NCBI GenBank assembly: GCA_029263635.1
Contig: JAJUFY010000001.1
Span: 1 to 27,275 of the forward strand
Direction of reading: 5' to 3'
DNA from: Ectothiorhodospiraceae bacterium
Lineage (GTDB): Bacteria; Pseudomonadota; Gammaproteobacteria; Nitrococcales; AK92
Length of the DNA stretch: 27,275 nucleotides
Part shown: piece by piece, positions 14,565-22,904 of the stretch
Layout: every line of letters starts with the position of its first letter
How positions within the stretch are numbered: the first letter of the stretch is position 1
Position numbers and translations under genes: made by a program
The notes under the pieces: generated by a model
The model's input: only the letters and a program-made list of their open reading frames with translations
What the model was told of the DNA's origin: nothing
The model's database searches: none

Positions 14565-15005
14565 TCAGTGCTGCTGGCTGTGCAGGTCGCTCGGCCTGGA
14601 GATGTCGCGCAACAGCTCTCCGGTGAGCGGGGCGCGCCCCAGCGCCTGGGCGATATCCGCCTGCGCCAGCATTCCTACCGGCTCATCATTATGGTTGCAG
14701 ACCATCAATCGTCGTATCTGCTGTTCCTCCATGATTTGGGCCGCCTGCTCCAGGTCGTCGTCCTCGTAGCAGGAAATGACATCGCGGCTCATGTAGCGGC
14801 CGACCTCGCTGTCGGCGCTGGCCGCCTCGGCCACTGCCCGCACGGTGATATCGCGGTCGGTGATGATGCCAGCCACCTGGCCGCTGTCGTCGTTGACGAA
14901 CAGCGCACCGATATCCTTATCCCGCATCCGCTGCGCCGCCTGCCGCAGGCTGTCGCTCGCCTTGACGGCCTCGCAATGGCGGGTCATGGCTTCGCTTACA
15001 CGCAT
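14565..15005 (-). CDS. Stand-alone CBS-pair protein
   Basis: Two CBS repeats (AAQRMRDKDIGALFV..GIITDRDI; AAQIMEEQQIRRLMV..GMLAQADI); GAGGAG upstream. Confidence 0.9.
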   Translation of the reverse strand: MRVSEAMTRHCEAVKASDSLRQAAQRMRDKDIGALFVNDDSGQVAGIITDRDITVRAVAEAASADSEVGRYMSRDVISCYEDDDLEQAAQIMEEQQIRRLMVCNHNDEPVGMLAQADIAQALGRAPLTGELLRDISRPSDLHSQQH

Positions 15006-15198
15006 GTTGCCTCCTCGATCGCAATACGATCATTCAGGGACGGCACAGCTCCTGTCCCGTCCGCCGCGGCCCGGGCCGCGGCCTGCACTGTAGTCGGGAC
15101 AAGCCTGCTACATCCCAACCCTCGATGCCCGCTGCGCTTGTAATCGCTCGGCACCCACCACACTCATCTGGCAGGACCGAGGCAGTCGAGGGAAAGTC

Positions 15199-15972
15199 AT
15201 GCGCGCACAGCGGCCGCTCCGCACCAGGCAACGTCGCAGCCGGATCATCAGAAGGCGATTCAATGTCGGGATCGCCGAACGCTGGATGTCGCTGGCGGGT
15301 GGCGGCACGGTACTCGGCATCGGCCTCTGGCGGCGCGGCATCGGCGGCCTGCTGCTGGGCCTGCTCGGCGGCCTGCTGCTGTTCCGCGGCATGAGCGGAT
15401 ACTGCCCACTGTACGGACGACTGCGCATCAGCACCGCCCGCCCCGGCAAGTCGGGCCTGTGGGGACAGCACCTGGTCCACGTCCAGAGCCGGATCACGGT
15501 CCAGCAGCCGCGCGAAACGGTGTATCGCTACTGGCGCAATCTGGAGAACCTGCCGCGCTTCATGCGCCATATCCGCCAGGTACGCGTCGACGGCAACCGG
15601 TCGCACTGGATCGCGGCGGCGCCGTTCGGCCTGCACCTGACATGGGACGCCCAGATCATCCAGGACTCCCCGAACGAGCGCCTGACCTGGTGCTCGATTC
15701 CCGGCTCCGATGTCGAAAGCCGCGGCGAGGTGCGCTTCCGGCCCACCATCAGCGGCGGCACCGAGATCGATGTCGACATGTACTACCGTCCCCCGGGCGG
15801 CACGGCCTCACGCCTGTTTGCGAGGCTGTTCGGCGGCATCTCCGAAAAAGCCGTCCGCCGCGACCTCGAACGCTTCAAGGGAGCCATCGAGCAGCGCCCG
15901 GAACAGCCGCCGCCCGAGCAGGTGGAAGACCAGGGCCTGGGCGGCGGGCCGACCACGCCGGCGCACGGCTGA
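15199..15972 (+). CDS. DUF2892 (YgaP-like) membrane domain fused to SRPBCC/cyclase domain
   Basis: N-terminal NVGIAERWMSL...FRGMSGYCPLY, then ITVQQPRETVYRYWRNLENLPRFM, SHW, WDAQI and GEVRF. Confidence 0.88.
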   Translation: MRAQRPLRTRQRRSRIIRRRFNVGIAERWMSLAGGGTVLGIGLWRRGIGGLLLGLLGGLLLFRGMSGYCPLYGRLRISTARPGKSGLWGQHLVHVQSRITVQQPRETVYRYWRNLENLPRFMRHIRQVRVDGNRSHWIAAAPFGLHLTWDAQIIQDSPNERLTWCSIPGSDVESRGEVRFRPTISGGTEIDVDMYYRPPGGTASRLFARLFGGISEKAVRRDLERFKGAIEQRPEQPPPEQVEDQGLGGGPTTPAHG

Positions 15973-16031
15973 CACCGGCTCCGCCTGCAGCGGCGGCTGC
16001 CTGCCCGCCAACCCAGAACCGACGGTAAATC

Positions 16032-16049
16032 TGTCGTTAATCAACGACA
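16032..16049. promoter_or_regulatory. Palindromic operator candidate upstream of opgG
   Basis: Perfect inverted repeat TGTCGTT-AATC-AACGACA in an AT-enriched intergenic region ~105 nt before the opgG start. Confidence 0.5.
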
Positions 16050-16153
16050 TATTGGCATTCCCGGGTCACGCCCCTATTGTCTTTGCACCATACACCTAAC
16101 ATCGCATCCGACCGCCGGCTGGCGGTCTTATTGTGTACAGGAGACTCCCGGCG

Positions 16154-17740
16154 ATGAGGACGCGGCTGCTCCCGATGGCGCTGGGCCAGCCGCATGTCCG
16201 TCTGCGGCAGGCGGCACTGGCGTGCCTGCTGCTTGCGCCCCTGCTGCCGGCGGCAGCGGAATTCAGCTTCGAGAACGTCACCGCGGCGGCACAGAAGCTG
16301 GCAGCGGCTCCCTATCAGCCGCCGGCGCAGGTTCCCCAGTGGCTGCGGGAGATCGATTACAACCAGTGGCGCGACATCCGCTTCAAGCCGGCACGGTCGC
16401 TCTGGCGCCAGGAAGGCCTGCCGTTCGAGGTGCAGTTCTTCCACCCCGGGCTTTATTACGACCGCAGCGTCGCCGTGCATGTGGTGGAAGATGGCCGGGT
16501 CGTGCCGCTCGGCTTCTCCACCGAGTACTTCGACTACGGCAGGAACGCGTTCGCCGACAAGGTGCCGGCTGACCTGGGATTCGCCGGCCTGCGGGTCCAC
16601 GCCCCGATCAAGACCCAGGCGTATTACGACGAGGTGGCCGTCTTTCTCGGCGCCAGCTATTTCCGGGCGGTGGGCAAGCACAACGTCTATGGCCTGTCGG
16701 CGCGCGGCCTGGCGGTGGACACCGCCGCCCCCACCGGCGAGGAGTTCCCGTGGTTCCGGGAATTCTGGCTGGTCAGGCCGGCTGCCGATGCGTCCCAGCT
16801 GACCCTGTATGCGCTGCTCGACAGCCCCAGCGTCGCCGGCGCCTACAAGTTCGTGATCACGCCCGGCGAGGAGACCACCCTGGATGTCGACAGCGTGGTG
16901 TTTCCGCGCAAGCCGGTCGGCAAGCTCGGGATCGCGCCGCTGACCAGCATGTTTTTCTACGGCGAGAACGTCAACCAGCGACCGGTGAACGATTTCCGCC
17001 CCGAGGTCCACGATTCCGACGGCCTGCTGATCGCCATGGAAAACGGCGAGCGCGTCTGGCGGCCGCTGGTCAATCCGCGGCGGCTGGCCATCAACAGCTT
17101 CAGCGCCGACAACCCGCGCGGTTTCGGGCTCATGCAGCGCGACACCGAGTTTGACCACTACCTCGATCTCGAGGCGCGCTACGAGCTCCGGCCCAGCGCC
17201 TGGGTTACACCCAAAGGTGCCTGGGGCGAGGGCGTCGTCGAGCTGATCCAGATCCCGACCCCGAACGAGCTGCATGACAACATCGTCGCCTTCTGGGTGC
17301 CGAAGGCCAAAATCGAGCCCGGCCAGCCGCTGGCCTATGCCTACCGCCTGGGCTGGATCAAGGATGACGGCCGCCACTCCCCAGCCGGCCGGATCGTCGC
17401 AACCCGGATCGACAGCCACCACCCCTCAAGCGGCGACAGCGACCGGAAGCGCCGCTTCCTGATCGAGTTCGATGGCCCAGCGCTGCAGGAGCTGGCTGCC
17501 GATGCGGCTATCGAGGCCGAGATCCATGTCAGCGCCACCGCCACACTGCTGGAACGGCAGTTGATCAAGAACCCGGTCACTGGCGGCTGGCGGCTGGTCT
17601 TCCAGATCACGGACGAAAAGCCCGGAGCTCTCAAGCGCGTGCTCGAAGCCAACGACAAGCCTCCCATCGAGCTGCGCGCCTTCCTGCGCAAGGACGCGGA
17701 GGTGTTGACGGAGACCTGGAGCTACACACTGCAACCATAG
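16154..17740 (+). CDS. opgG: Periplasmic glucan biosynthesis protein G
   Basis: Sec-type signal ending AAA|EFSFENV; motifs YNQWRDIRF, FLGASYFRAVG, YGLSARGLA, FRPEVHDSDGL, ELHDNIVAFW and TETWSY. AGGAG precedes the ATG at 16154. Called opgG rather than opgD because no twin-Arg signal is evident. Confidence 0.9.
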   Translation: MRTRLLPMALGQPHVRLRQAALACLLLAPLLPAAAEFSFENVTAAAQKLAAAPYQPPAQVPQWLREIDYNQWRDIRFKPARSLWRQEGLPFEVQFFHPGLYYDRSVAVHVVEDGRVVPLGFSTEYFDYGRNAFADKVPADLGFAGLRVHAPIKTQAYYDEVAVFLGASYFRAVGKHNVYGLSARGLAVDTAAPTGEEFPWFREFWLVRPAADASQLTLYALLDSPSVAGAYKFVITPGEETTLDVDSVVFPRKPVGKLGIAPLTSMFFYGENVNQRPVNDFRPEVHDSDGLLIAMENGERVWRPLVNPRRLAINSFSADNPRGFGLMQRDTEFDHYLDLEARYELRPSAWVTPKGAWGEGVVELIQIPTPNELHDNIVAFWVPKAKIEPGQPLAYAYRLGWIKDDGRHSPAGRIVATRIDSHHPSSGDSDRKRRFLIEFDGPALQELAADAAIEAEIHVSATATLLERQLIKNPVTGGWRLVFQITDEKPGALKRVLEANDKPPIELRAFLRKDAEVLTETWSYTLQP

Positions 17741-17744
17741 GGAC

Positions 17745-18143
17745 ATGACCATGCCTGGAATGGACATCGTTATCGACCGGCCTACGGACACTGCCGGTCC
17801 CGCCTGGGCCCAGGCCCGGGCACGGCTCTCGCTCTACCTGGAAGCGCTGGAACTGCCGGAGGCCGATGCCGCCCGGTTGCTGGAACTGGCCCTGGCGCGG
17901 GCACGGGAGGAGCATCCTGCAGCACTGCTGCCAGCAGCGCTGAGCGCCCTGCAGGAGCTGCTGGCACAGCGTCTCGAAACGCCGCCGCCGACCATGCCGC
18001 GGCTGCGGCGAGGACCGATGGTGCCGGCGCCGCTGGACCGCAGCCTGCTGCGCTTCCTGCTCGAGGATCTTCCCGCCTGGCTGGCAACCAGCAGCCTGCA
18101 CCTGCTCAGCGGCCTGCGCCGCTGGCCCCGGCTGCTCGGATGA
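17745..18143 (+). CDS. Hypothetical 132-aa protein, probably the detached N-terminal domain of OpgH
   Basis: Fills the opgG-opgH gap exactly (4-nt gap, then ATGA overlap). It is helical and contains MPRLRRGPMVPAPLDR. Confidence 0.7.
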   Translation: MTMPGMDIVIDRPTDTAGPAWAQARARLSLYLEALELPEADAARLLELALARAREEHPAALLPAALSALQELLAQRLETPPPTMPRLRRGPMVPAPLDRSLLRFLLEDLPAWLATSSLHLLSGLRRWPRLLG

Positions 18144-20248
18144 GCGGCATGCGCAAGGCCTTCAAGCACCAGCCGTGGAACCAGGTGGCGGCGCTGCGCC
18201 GCAGCCTGTTCCTGGTGCTGATCCTGATTCCCACCTTCATCACCAGCGGCTACATGGCGGCAATTCTTCCGCACAAGGGCGGCACCTTGCTCGAGCTCGC
18301 CATCGTGGTGGTGTTCGCCGCGCTGTTCGCCTGGATCTCCATCGGCTTCTGGACCGCCATGCTGGGCTTCTACACGCTCATACGGCGGTTCGACCGCTTC
18401 GCCATCGCCCGCCCCCGGCCCGCCGACCGCAAGCCGCTCAAGCCGCGCGCCCGCACCGCCATCCTGATCCCGATCTGCAACGAAGACGTCGCGGAAGTCT
18501 TCGCCCGCATCCGCGTCACCTATGAATCGCTGAAGGCCACCGGCGAGCTGGAGCGGTTCGCCTTCTTCATCCTGAGCGACAGCGCCAATCCCGACTGCTG
18601 GATCGAGGAAGAAGCAGCCTGGGCCCGGCTGCGCGAGAAAACCGGCTACGCCGACATCCACTACCGGCGCCGGCGCAACAACATCAAGCGCAAGAGCGGC
18701 AATGTCGCCGACTTCTGCCGACGCTGGGGCCGGGACTTCCGCTACATGGTGGTGTTCGATGCGGACAGCATCATGACCGGGCCGACCCTGGTGCGCATGG
18801 TGCAGATCATGGAGCGCCGGCGCGACGTGGGGATCCTGCAGACGGCCCCGGCCTGCGTGAACCGCGAGACCCTGCTTGCCCGGGTCCAGCAGTTCGCCAA
18901 TCGCCTGTACGGCCCGATGTTCGCCGCCGGCCTGCATTTCTGGCAGCTGGGCGATGCCCAGTTCTGGGGCCATAACGCCATCATCCGCATCCGGCCCTTC
19001 ATGGAGCACTGCGCCCTGCCTAGGCTCCCGGGCCGGCCGCCGCTGGGCGGCGACATCCTCTCGCACGATTTCGTCGAGGCCGCGCTGATGCGGCGCGCCG
19101 GCTACGGCGTCTGGCTGGCCTTCGATCTCGGCGGCAGCTACGAGGAAGTACCGCCGACCCTGCTCGACGAGCTCAAGCGCGACCGCCGCTGGTGCCAGGG
19201 CAACATGCAGCATGTGCGGCTCCTGTTCACGCACGGGCTGTTCCCGGCGCATCGGGCGCTGTTCCTCAACGGCGCCATGGCCTATGTCTCGGCCCTGCTG
19301 TGGTTTCTGTTCCTCACCCTGAGCACTGCCGAGGCGCTGGTGGAAGCGCTGGCGACGCCGACCTATTTCGGTCCGGAGAAGGCGCTGTTCCCCGACTGGC
19401 CGGTCTGGCATCCGCAATGGGCGCTGACGCTGCTGGCCTCGACGGCGGTCATCCTGTTCCTGCCCAAGCTGTTCGCCATCGCCCTGGTGGCGATCCAGCA
19501 GCGCGCGCATGAGTTCGGCGGGCTGCGGCGCCTGGCGGCGAGCGTGCTGGCGGAAGTGGTGTTCTCCACCCTGCTCGCCCCTGTCCGCATGCTGTTCCAC
19601 AGCAAGTTCGTCTTCGTCACGCTGCTGGGCGGCCAGATCGGCTGGGGCTCGCAGAACCGCTCGGATGCCGCCACCACCTGGGGCGACGCCTGGCGCTTCC
19701 ACGGCGGCGGCAGCCTGCTCGCCGTCCTCTGGGGTGCCGTCGTCTATGTCGTCAATCCGAGCTTCTTCTGGTGGCTCAGTCCGATCCTGGCGGCGCTGGT
19801 CCTGGCCGTTCCGGTATCGGTCTTCTCCAGCCAGGTGCGGGCCGGCCGCGCCGCCCGCCGCCTCGGCCTGTTCCTGACGCCGGAGGAAATCGCACCGCCT
19901 CCGGAGCTGCGCGCCCTGCGCCAACAGCTGGCAGCCTCGCGTCGCAGCGGCGACCTGTTCTCGGCCTGCCCCGGCTTTGTCCGGGCCGTGGTCGATCCCC
20001 GCGTGCACCGCCTGCACCTGGCACAGCTGGGCGCCATTCGCCAGTTGAACCCGACACTGGCCCAGCGGCGGCGCGAGCTCGCCGAGCGGGCGCTGCTGGA
20101 AGGACCGCAGGGACTTGCCGACCGCGACAAGCGCGAACTGCTCGGCGACCCCGGCGCGCTGCATGCCCTGCACCTGGCTGTCTGGCAGTTGCCGGATGGC
20201 GAGCCGGCCCGCCGCTGGGGCCTGCCGGGGCTGGCCGACTCGGCGTAA
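18140..20248 (+). CDS. opgH: Glucans biosynthesis glucosyltransferase H (GT2), lacking the usual long N-terminal cytoplasmic region
   Basis: Motifs PICNEDV, LSDS, KRKSGNVADFCRRWG, DADS, WGHNAIIR, ILSHDFVEAALMRRAG and RDRRWCQGN. Confidence 0.96.
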   Translation: MSGMRKAFKHQPWNQVAALRRSLFLVLILIPTFITSGYMAAILPHKGGTLLELAIVVVFAALFAWISIGFWTAMLGFYTLIRRFDRFAIARPRPADRKPLKPRARTAILIPICNEDVAEVFARIRVTYESLKATGELERFAFFILSDSANPDCWIEEEAAWARLREKTGYADIHYRRRRNNIKRKSGNVADFCRRWGRDFRYMVVFDADSIMTGPTLVRMVQIMERRRDVGILQTAPACVNRETLLARVQQFANRLYGPMFAAGLHFWQLGDAQFWGHNAIIRIRPFMEHCALPRLPGRPPLGGDILSHDFVEAALMRRAGYGVWLAFDLGGSYEEVPPTLLDELKRDRRWCQGNMQHVRLLFTHGLFPAHRALFLNGAMAYVSALLWFLFLTLSTAEALVEALATPTYFGPEKALFPDWPVWHPQWALTLLASTAVILFLPKLFAIALVAIQQRAHEFGGLRRLAASVLAEVVFSTLLAPVRMLFHSKFVFVTLLGGQIGWGSQNRSDAATTWGDAWRFHGGGSLLAVLWGAVVYVVNPSFFWWLSPILAALVLAVPVSVFSSQVRAGRAARRLGLFLTPEEIAPPPELRALRQQLAASRRSGDLFSACPGFVRAVVDPRVHRLHLAQLGAIRQLNPTLAQRRRELAERALLEGPQGLADRDKRELLGDPGALHALHLAVWQLPDGEPARRWGLPGLADSA

Positions 20249-20365
20249 GACGCGACCCCGGCGAGGCGGCATGGTCGGCCGATGGCCGCTCCACACCTCA
20301 AGGCTGCTTCGCCCATCGCTCGCCGTGACGCCGGAAAGCAGGGCCCGGGACAGGCGCCCTGGCAC

Positions 20366-20397
20366 AAAAAAGGCGCTGATACCGGGTATCAGCGCCT
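20366..20397 (-). terminator. Rho-independent terminator of the minus-strand envelope operon
   Basis: 12-bp perfect stem AGGCGCTGATAC/GTATCAGCGCCT (20371-20397) followed by a T-tract on the minus strand (AAAAAA at 20366-20371 on plus). Confidence 0.88.
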
Positions 20398-20533
20398 GAG
20401 TTTCAGTCGAGCGGTTGGTTAGTGTTGGCCTTGAAGCGGCTAGCCGCCCCGCCCGACCGACGACGGGAACTTTAGCGGTTTCCCCTGCAGCAGCATCTGA
20501 ACTGAGTCACGGTTCCATCACTTCGCTGCGGAC
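20366..20533 (-). ncRNA. Candidate structured 3' UTR or sRNA (no known family recognised)
   Basis: Several complementary segments and lower GC (71/120 by hand count for 20401-20520), ending at a strong terminator; no convincing ORF. Confidence 0.25.
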
Positions 20534-22153
20534 TCAGGACACACCGTTCGCATCCTTGCCGAAGTCGTAGCGCCAATACATGCCGGCGTGCCAGGAATCG
20601 GTCTCTTCACCCGCTTCCGGTTCGCGCAGGCTGCGATCGATGTCGACTCCGAAGGCGTGCCGGCCGCGCTGGATCTCGTACCGCAGTCCCAGGCGCGACA
20701 GCTCCACATCGGCCTCGGGATCGGCCGCATCGATGCGGGACTGGCCGAGTTCCAGAATCAGCCGCTCCCGGTCGCGGGTCGCCTCGATCGCGAGGGTCGG
20801 CCCCACCGTCATCTCGGCATCCTCGGTCTCGATCTCGGTGGCGCTGACGCCAGGGGTAATGGTGAGATCGATACCGGCCAGGTCGATCCTGGCGGTATGG
20901 GCCACCGCCAGCTGGCGGGTGGTCCGCTCCACGCCGGACTGCCCGCGGTCGTCGACCGTGGCGATCGCGCCGTTCAGGCGAGTCTGATGCCTGGCGCCAT
21001 GGGTAATGATAAGGCTGCCCTGCGCCGTCTGCGCCAGCACGCTGACGCTGTCGTCGGCACTCTCGCGCTGCTGCCTGCTCAGGTCGAGCCGGCCCCTGAC
21101 CTTCTGCCGGTCGCCCGGTATCAACGGACCGCTCAGGCTCACGGCCGCGCTGTCGGTGGTAATCGGGTTGGCGCTGCCCAGCTCGGTGCGCGACCGCTGC
21201 AGGCGCCCGCGCAGCTCGACGTCCCGCTCGGAACGCCAGCCGCCTTCCAGCAGCAGGGCTTCGCTGCCGGCCAGGGCGGAACTGCCGCCGGGGCCCAAGC
21301 CGTCGCTGTAACGGTCGTAGCGGAGCCGGTAGTCCACCGGCCGGGACTGGCTCCTGCCATCGATCTGGACGTAGACGCCGTATCCGCTGTCGGGCCGCTC
21401 ACCGGCCGACAGATGCCGGGTCGCGGCGGAATCGCCGTGGAGGTAGGCCAGCTCGCCGCGCACGTTCAGATCCTGCCCGGCGATGTCGAACTGGCGTTGG
21501 CCGGTCAGGCTCGCCGCCCACTGGCTCAGGCTCGGCAGCCCTTCCAGCCCGCTTTCACTGTGATGAACCAGGTTGAAGCTGTAGGTGCCGAGCCGCTGGT
21601 CCTGCATGCCGACGCTGAGGCCGTAGTAGAGGTTTTCCTCGGGGTCGAAGTCCCGCCACTGCTGGCCGTCGCTGCCGATGACCGTGCTCGCCCAGTAGCT
21701 GCGGCCGTCGCTGCCGCTGTTGGGCCGCACGGTCAGCCGGGCGGCCTTGAGGGTGCGGTTGAGGGTCAGTTCCGAGAACTGCACGTTCTGGTCGCCGAGG
21801 TCGACCCGGAATGGCAGCCCGGCCGTGGCGTTGTCATAGGACAGCCGCATCGCCTCCGGCACCAGGCCGGTATGGTCGCTGCGATAGGGCGAATCGGTGA
21901 CTGTCCCGGCGAAATCGAACTTCAGGGTCTGCCCCGGCGCCAGGTCGCCGGACAGGCTCAGGTCGATGTCGTTGGTGATGAAGGTGCCTTCCTGACCGTA
22001 CGGACTATGCCGCTCGTCGCCGCGTATCCGGTAGCTGTCGACCCGCACCGTGTTGCTGCCGGAGAAATTCCAGTCCGCCAGGCTCGGCACCGGAACGGCG
22101 ACGGCAACACCTTGCAGCACGAGCAGCAGACGGGCGACACGGCGGTGCCTCAC
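20534..22153 (-). CDS. Uncharacterised ~539-aa probable outer-membrane beta-barrel protein
   Basis: GTG start overlaps the upstream stop (GTGA). Signal peptide MRHRRVARLLLVLQGVAVAVPVPSLA, amphipathic strands throughout, C-terminal YWRYDF plus 8 residues. Confidence 0.75.
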   Translation of the reverse strand: MRHRRVARLLLVLQGVAVAVPVPSLADWNFSGSNTVRVDSYRIRGDERHSPYGQEGTFITNDIDLSLSGDLAPGQTLKFDFAGTVTDSPYRSDHTGLVPEAMRLSYDNATAGLPFRVDLGDQNVQFSELTLNRTLKAARLTVRPNSGSDGRSYWASTVIGSDGQQWRDFDPEENLYYGLSVGMQDQRLGTYSFNLVHHSESGLEGLPSLSQWAASLTGQRQFDIAGQDLNVRGELAYLHGDSAATRHLSAGERPDSGYGVYVQIDGRSQSRPVDYRLRYDRYSDGLGPGGSSALAGSEALLLEGGWRSERDVELRGRLQRSRTELGSANPITTDSAAVSLSGPLIPGDRQKVRGRLDLSRQQRESADDSVSVLAQTAQGSLIITHGARHQTRLNGAIATVDDRGQSGVERTTRQLAVAHTARIDLAGIDLTITPGVSATEIETEDAEMTVGPTLAIEATRDRERLILELGQSRIDAADPEADVELSRLGLRYEIQRGRHAFGVDIDRSLREPEAGEETDSWHAGMYWRYDFGKDANGVS

Positions 22154-22554
22154 CGCGGCACCTCGCGGACGATGCGCAGCACGTACTCGGCCGTGCCCTC
22201 GCGGCGCTGGAAGCCCTGCTGCAGGTCTTCCCACTCCGCCTGGGCGCGCACCGTCACCGACACCAGGCTGCGCAGCACGCCATCGCCGCGCTCCTGCTCC
22301 AGCAGCTGGATGCCGCCGATGCTGAGCACGCGCAGCCGCGCCGTTGGCGGCACGTCGAAGCTCAGCGCCGCCAGCAGCCGGTCACGCTCAGCAAAATCCG
22401 CTGCCAGCCAATGGCCGAGCGTGGGCGTGTTCCACGCCCTGAGCACCTGCTCGACGGCCTGGCGCACCACCGCCTTGTCCACGGGGGCCTGTGCCTGGGC
22501 AGCACCGGCGCAAAGCAGCCCGGCCGCGACCAGCGCGGCGATCTTCCGGCGCAT
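22150..22554 (-). CDS. Uncharacterised secreted protein, possibly NTF2/SnoaL-like fold
   Basis: Signal peptide MRRKIAALVAAGLLCAGAAQA, then a helix (VRQAVEQVLRAWN) and long beta strands; 2-nt gap from the upstream gene. Confidence 0.75.
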   Translation of the reverse strand: MRRKIAALVAAGLLCAGAAQAQAPVDKAVVRQAVEQVLRAWNTPTLGHWLAADFAERDRLLAALSFDVPPTARLRVLSIGGIQLLEQERGDGVLRSLVSVTVRAQAEWEDLQQGFQRREGTAEYVLRIVREVPR

Positions 22555-22556
22555 GA

Positions 22557-22904
22557 TCAGCGGCCCAGGGAGGAGGAGCCGAGCGGGCTCTGCGGATTGA
22601 AGAAGTCGACGCCGCGCAGCGGCTCGACGCGCACCAGGGTGGCGCTGACGTTGCCGCAGGCGGGCAAGGCCAGGATGGCGTCCTCCAGCGCGGCGGTGAC
22701 AGCGGCATGCTCGGCCGCCGTCGGTTCAGCGTGGTACTGCTTGTTGAGTGCGATCAGCTGCTCGCAGTCGCCGGCCGCGATGGCAGCGGCAACGGGTTCG
22801 GGCAGGGCGGCGGGCAGGGACTCGGCCTGGCCGAGTCCGGTTGTCAGCGCCGCCAGAGGCAACATGGCGAGCAGCCGGCTCAGTCGTGAAATCAACTTGA
22901 TCAC
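22557..22904 (-). CDS. Uncharacterised small secreted helical protein with two Cys
   Basis: AGGAG 9 nt before the GTG; signal peptide ending LGQA; GDC and PAC cysteines could form a disulfide. Confidence 0.7.
   Translation of the reverse strand: MIKLISRLSRLLAMLPLAALTTGLGQAESLPAALPEPVAAAIAAGDCEQLIALNKQYHAEPTAAEHAAVTAALEDAILALPACGNVSATLVRVEPLRGVDFFNPQSPLGSSSLGR

Noticed and set aside
15017-15031. GATCG-N5-CGATC inverted repeat next to the CBS gene RBS
   Set aside because: Only 5-bp arms and single-copy; not distinguishable from chance.
15168-15184. GG-N10-GC (TGGCAGGACCGAGGCA) before the SRPBCC gene
   Set aside because: It lacks the -12 TT and would put the start site within a few bases of the ATG, leaving out the RBS.
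20420-20470. Minus-strand resemblance to tRNA-Sec (CGTCGTC...GGCGGCTAG...CTTCAA) and plus-strand resemblance to the 6S RNA 3' end (CCTGCAGCAGCATCT, 20484-20498)
   Set aside because: No anticodon stem pairs around CTTCAAG, and there is no T-loop or CCA. The region is too short and lacks the 6S central architecture.
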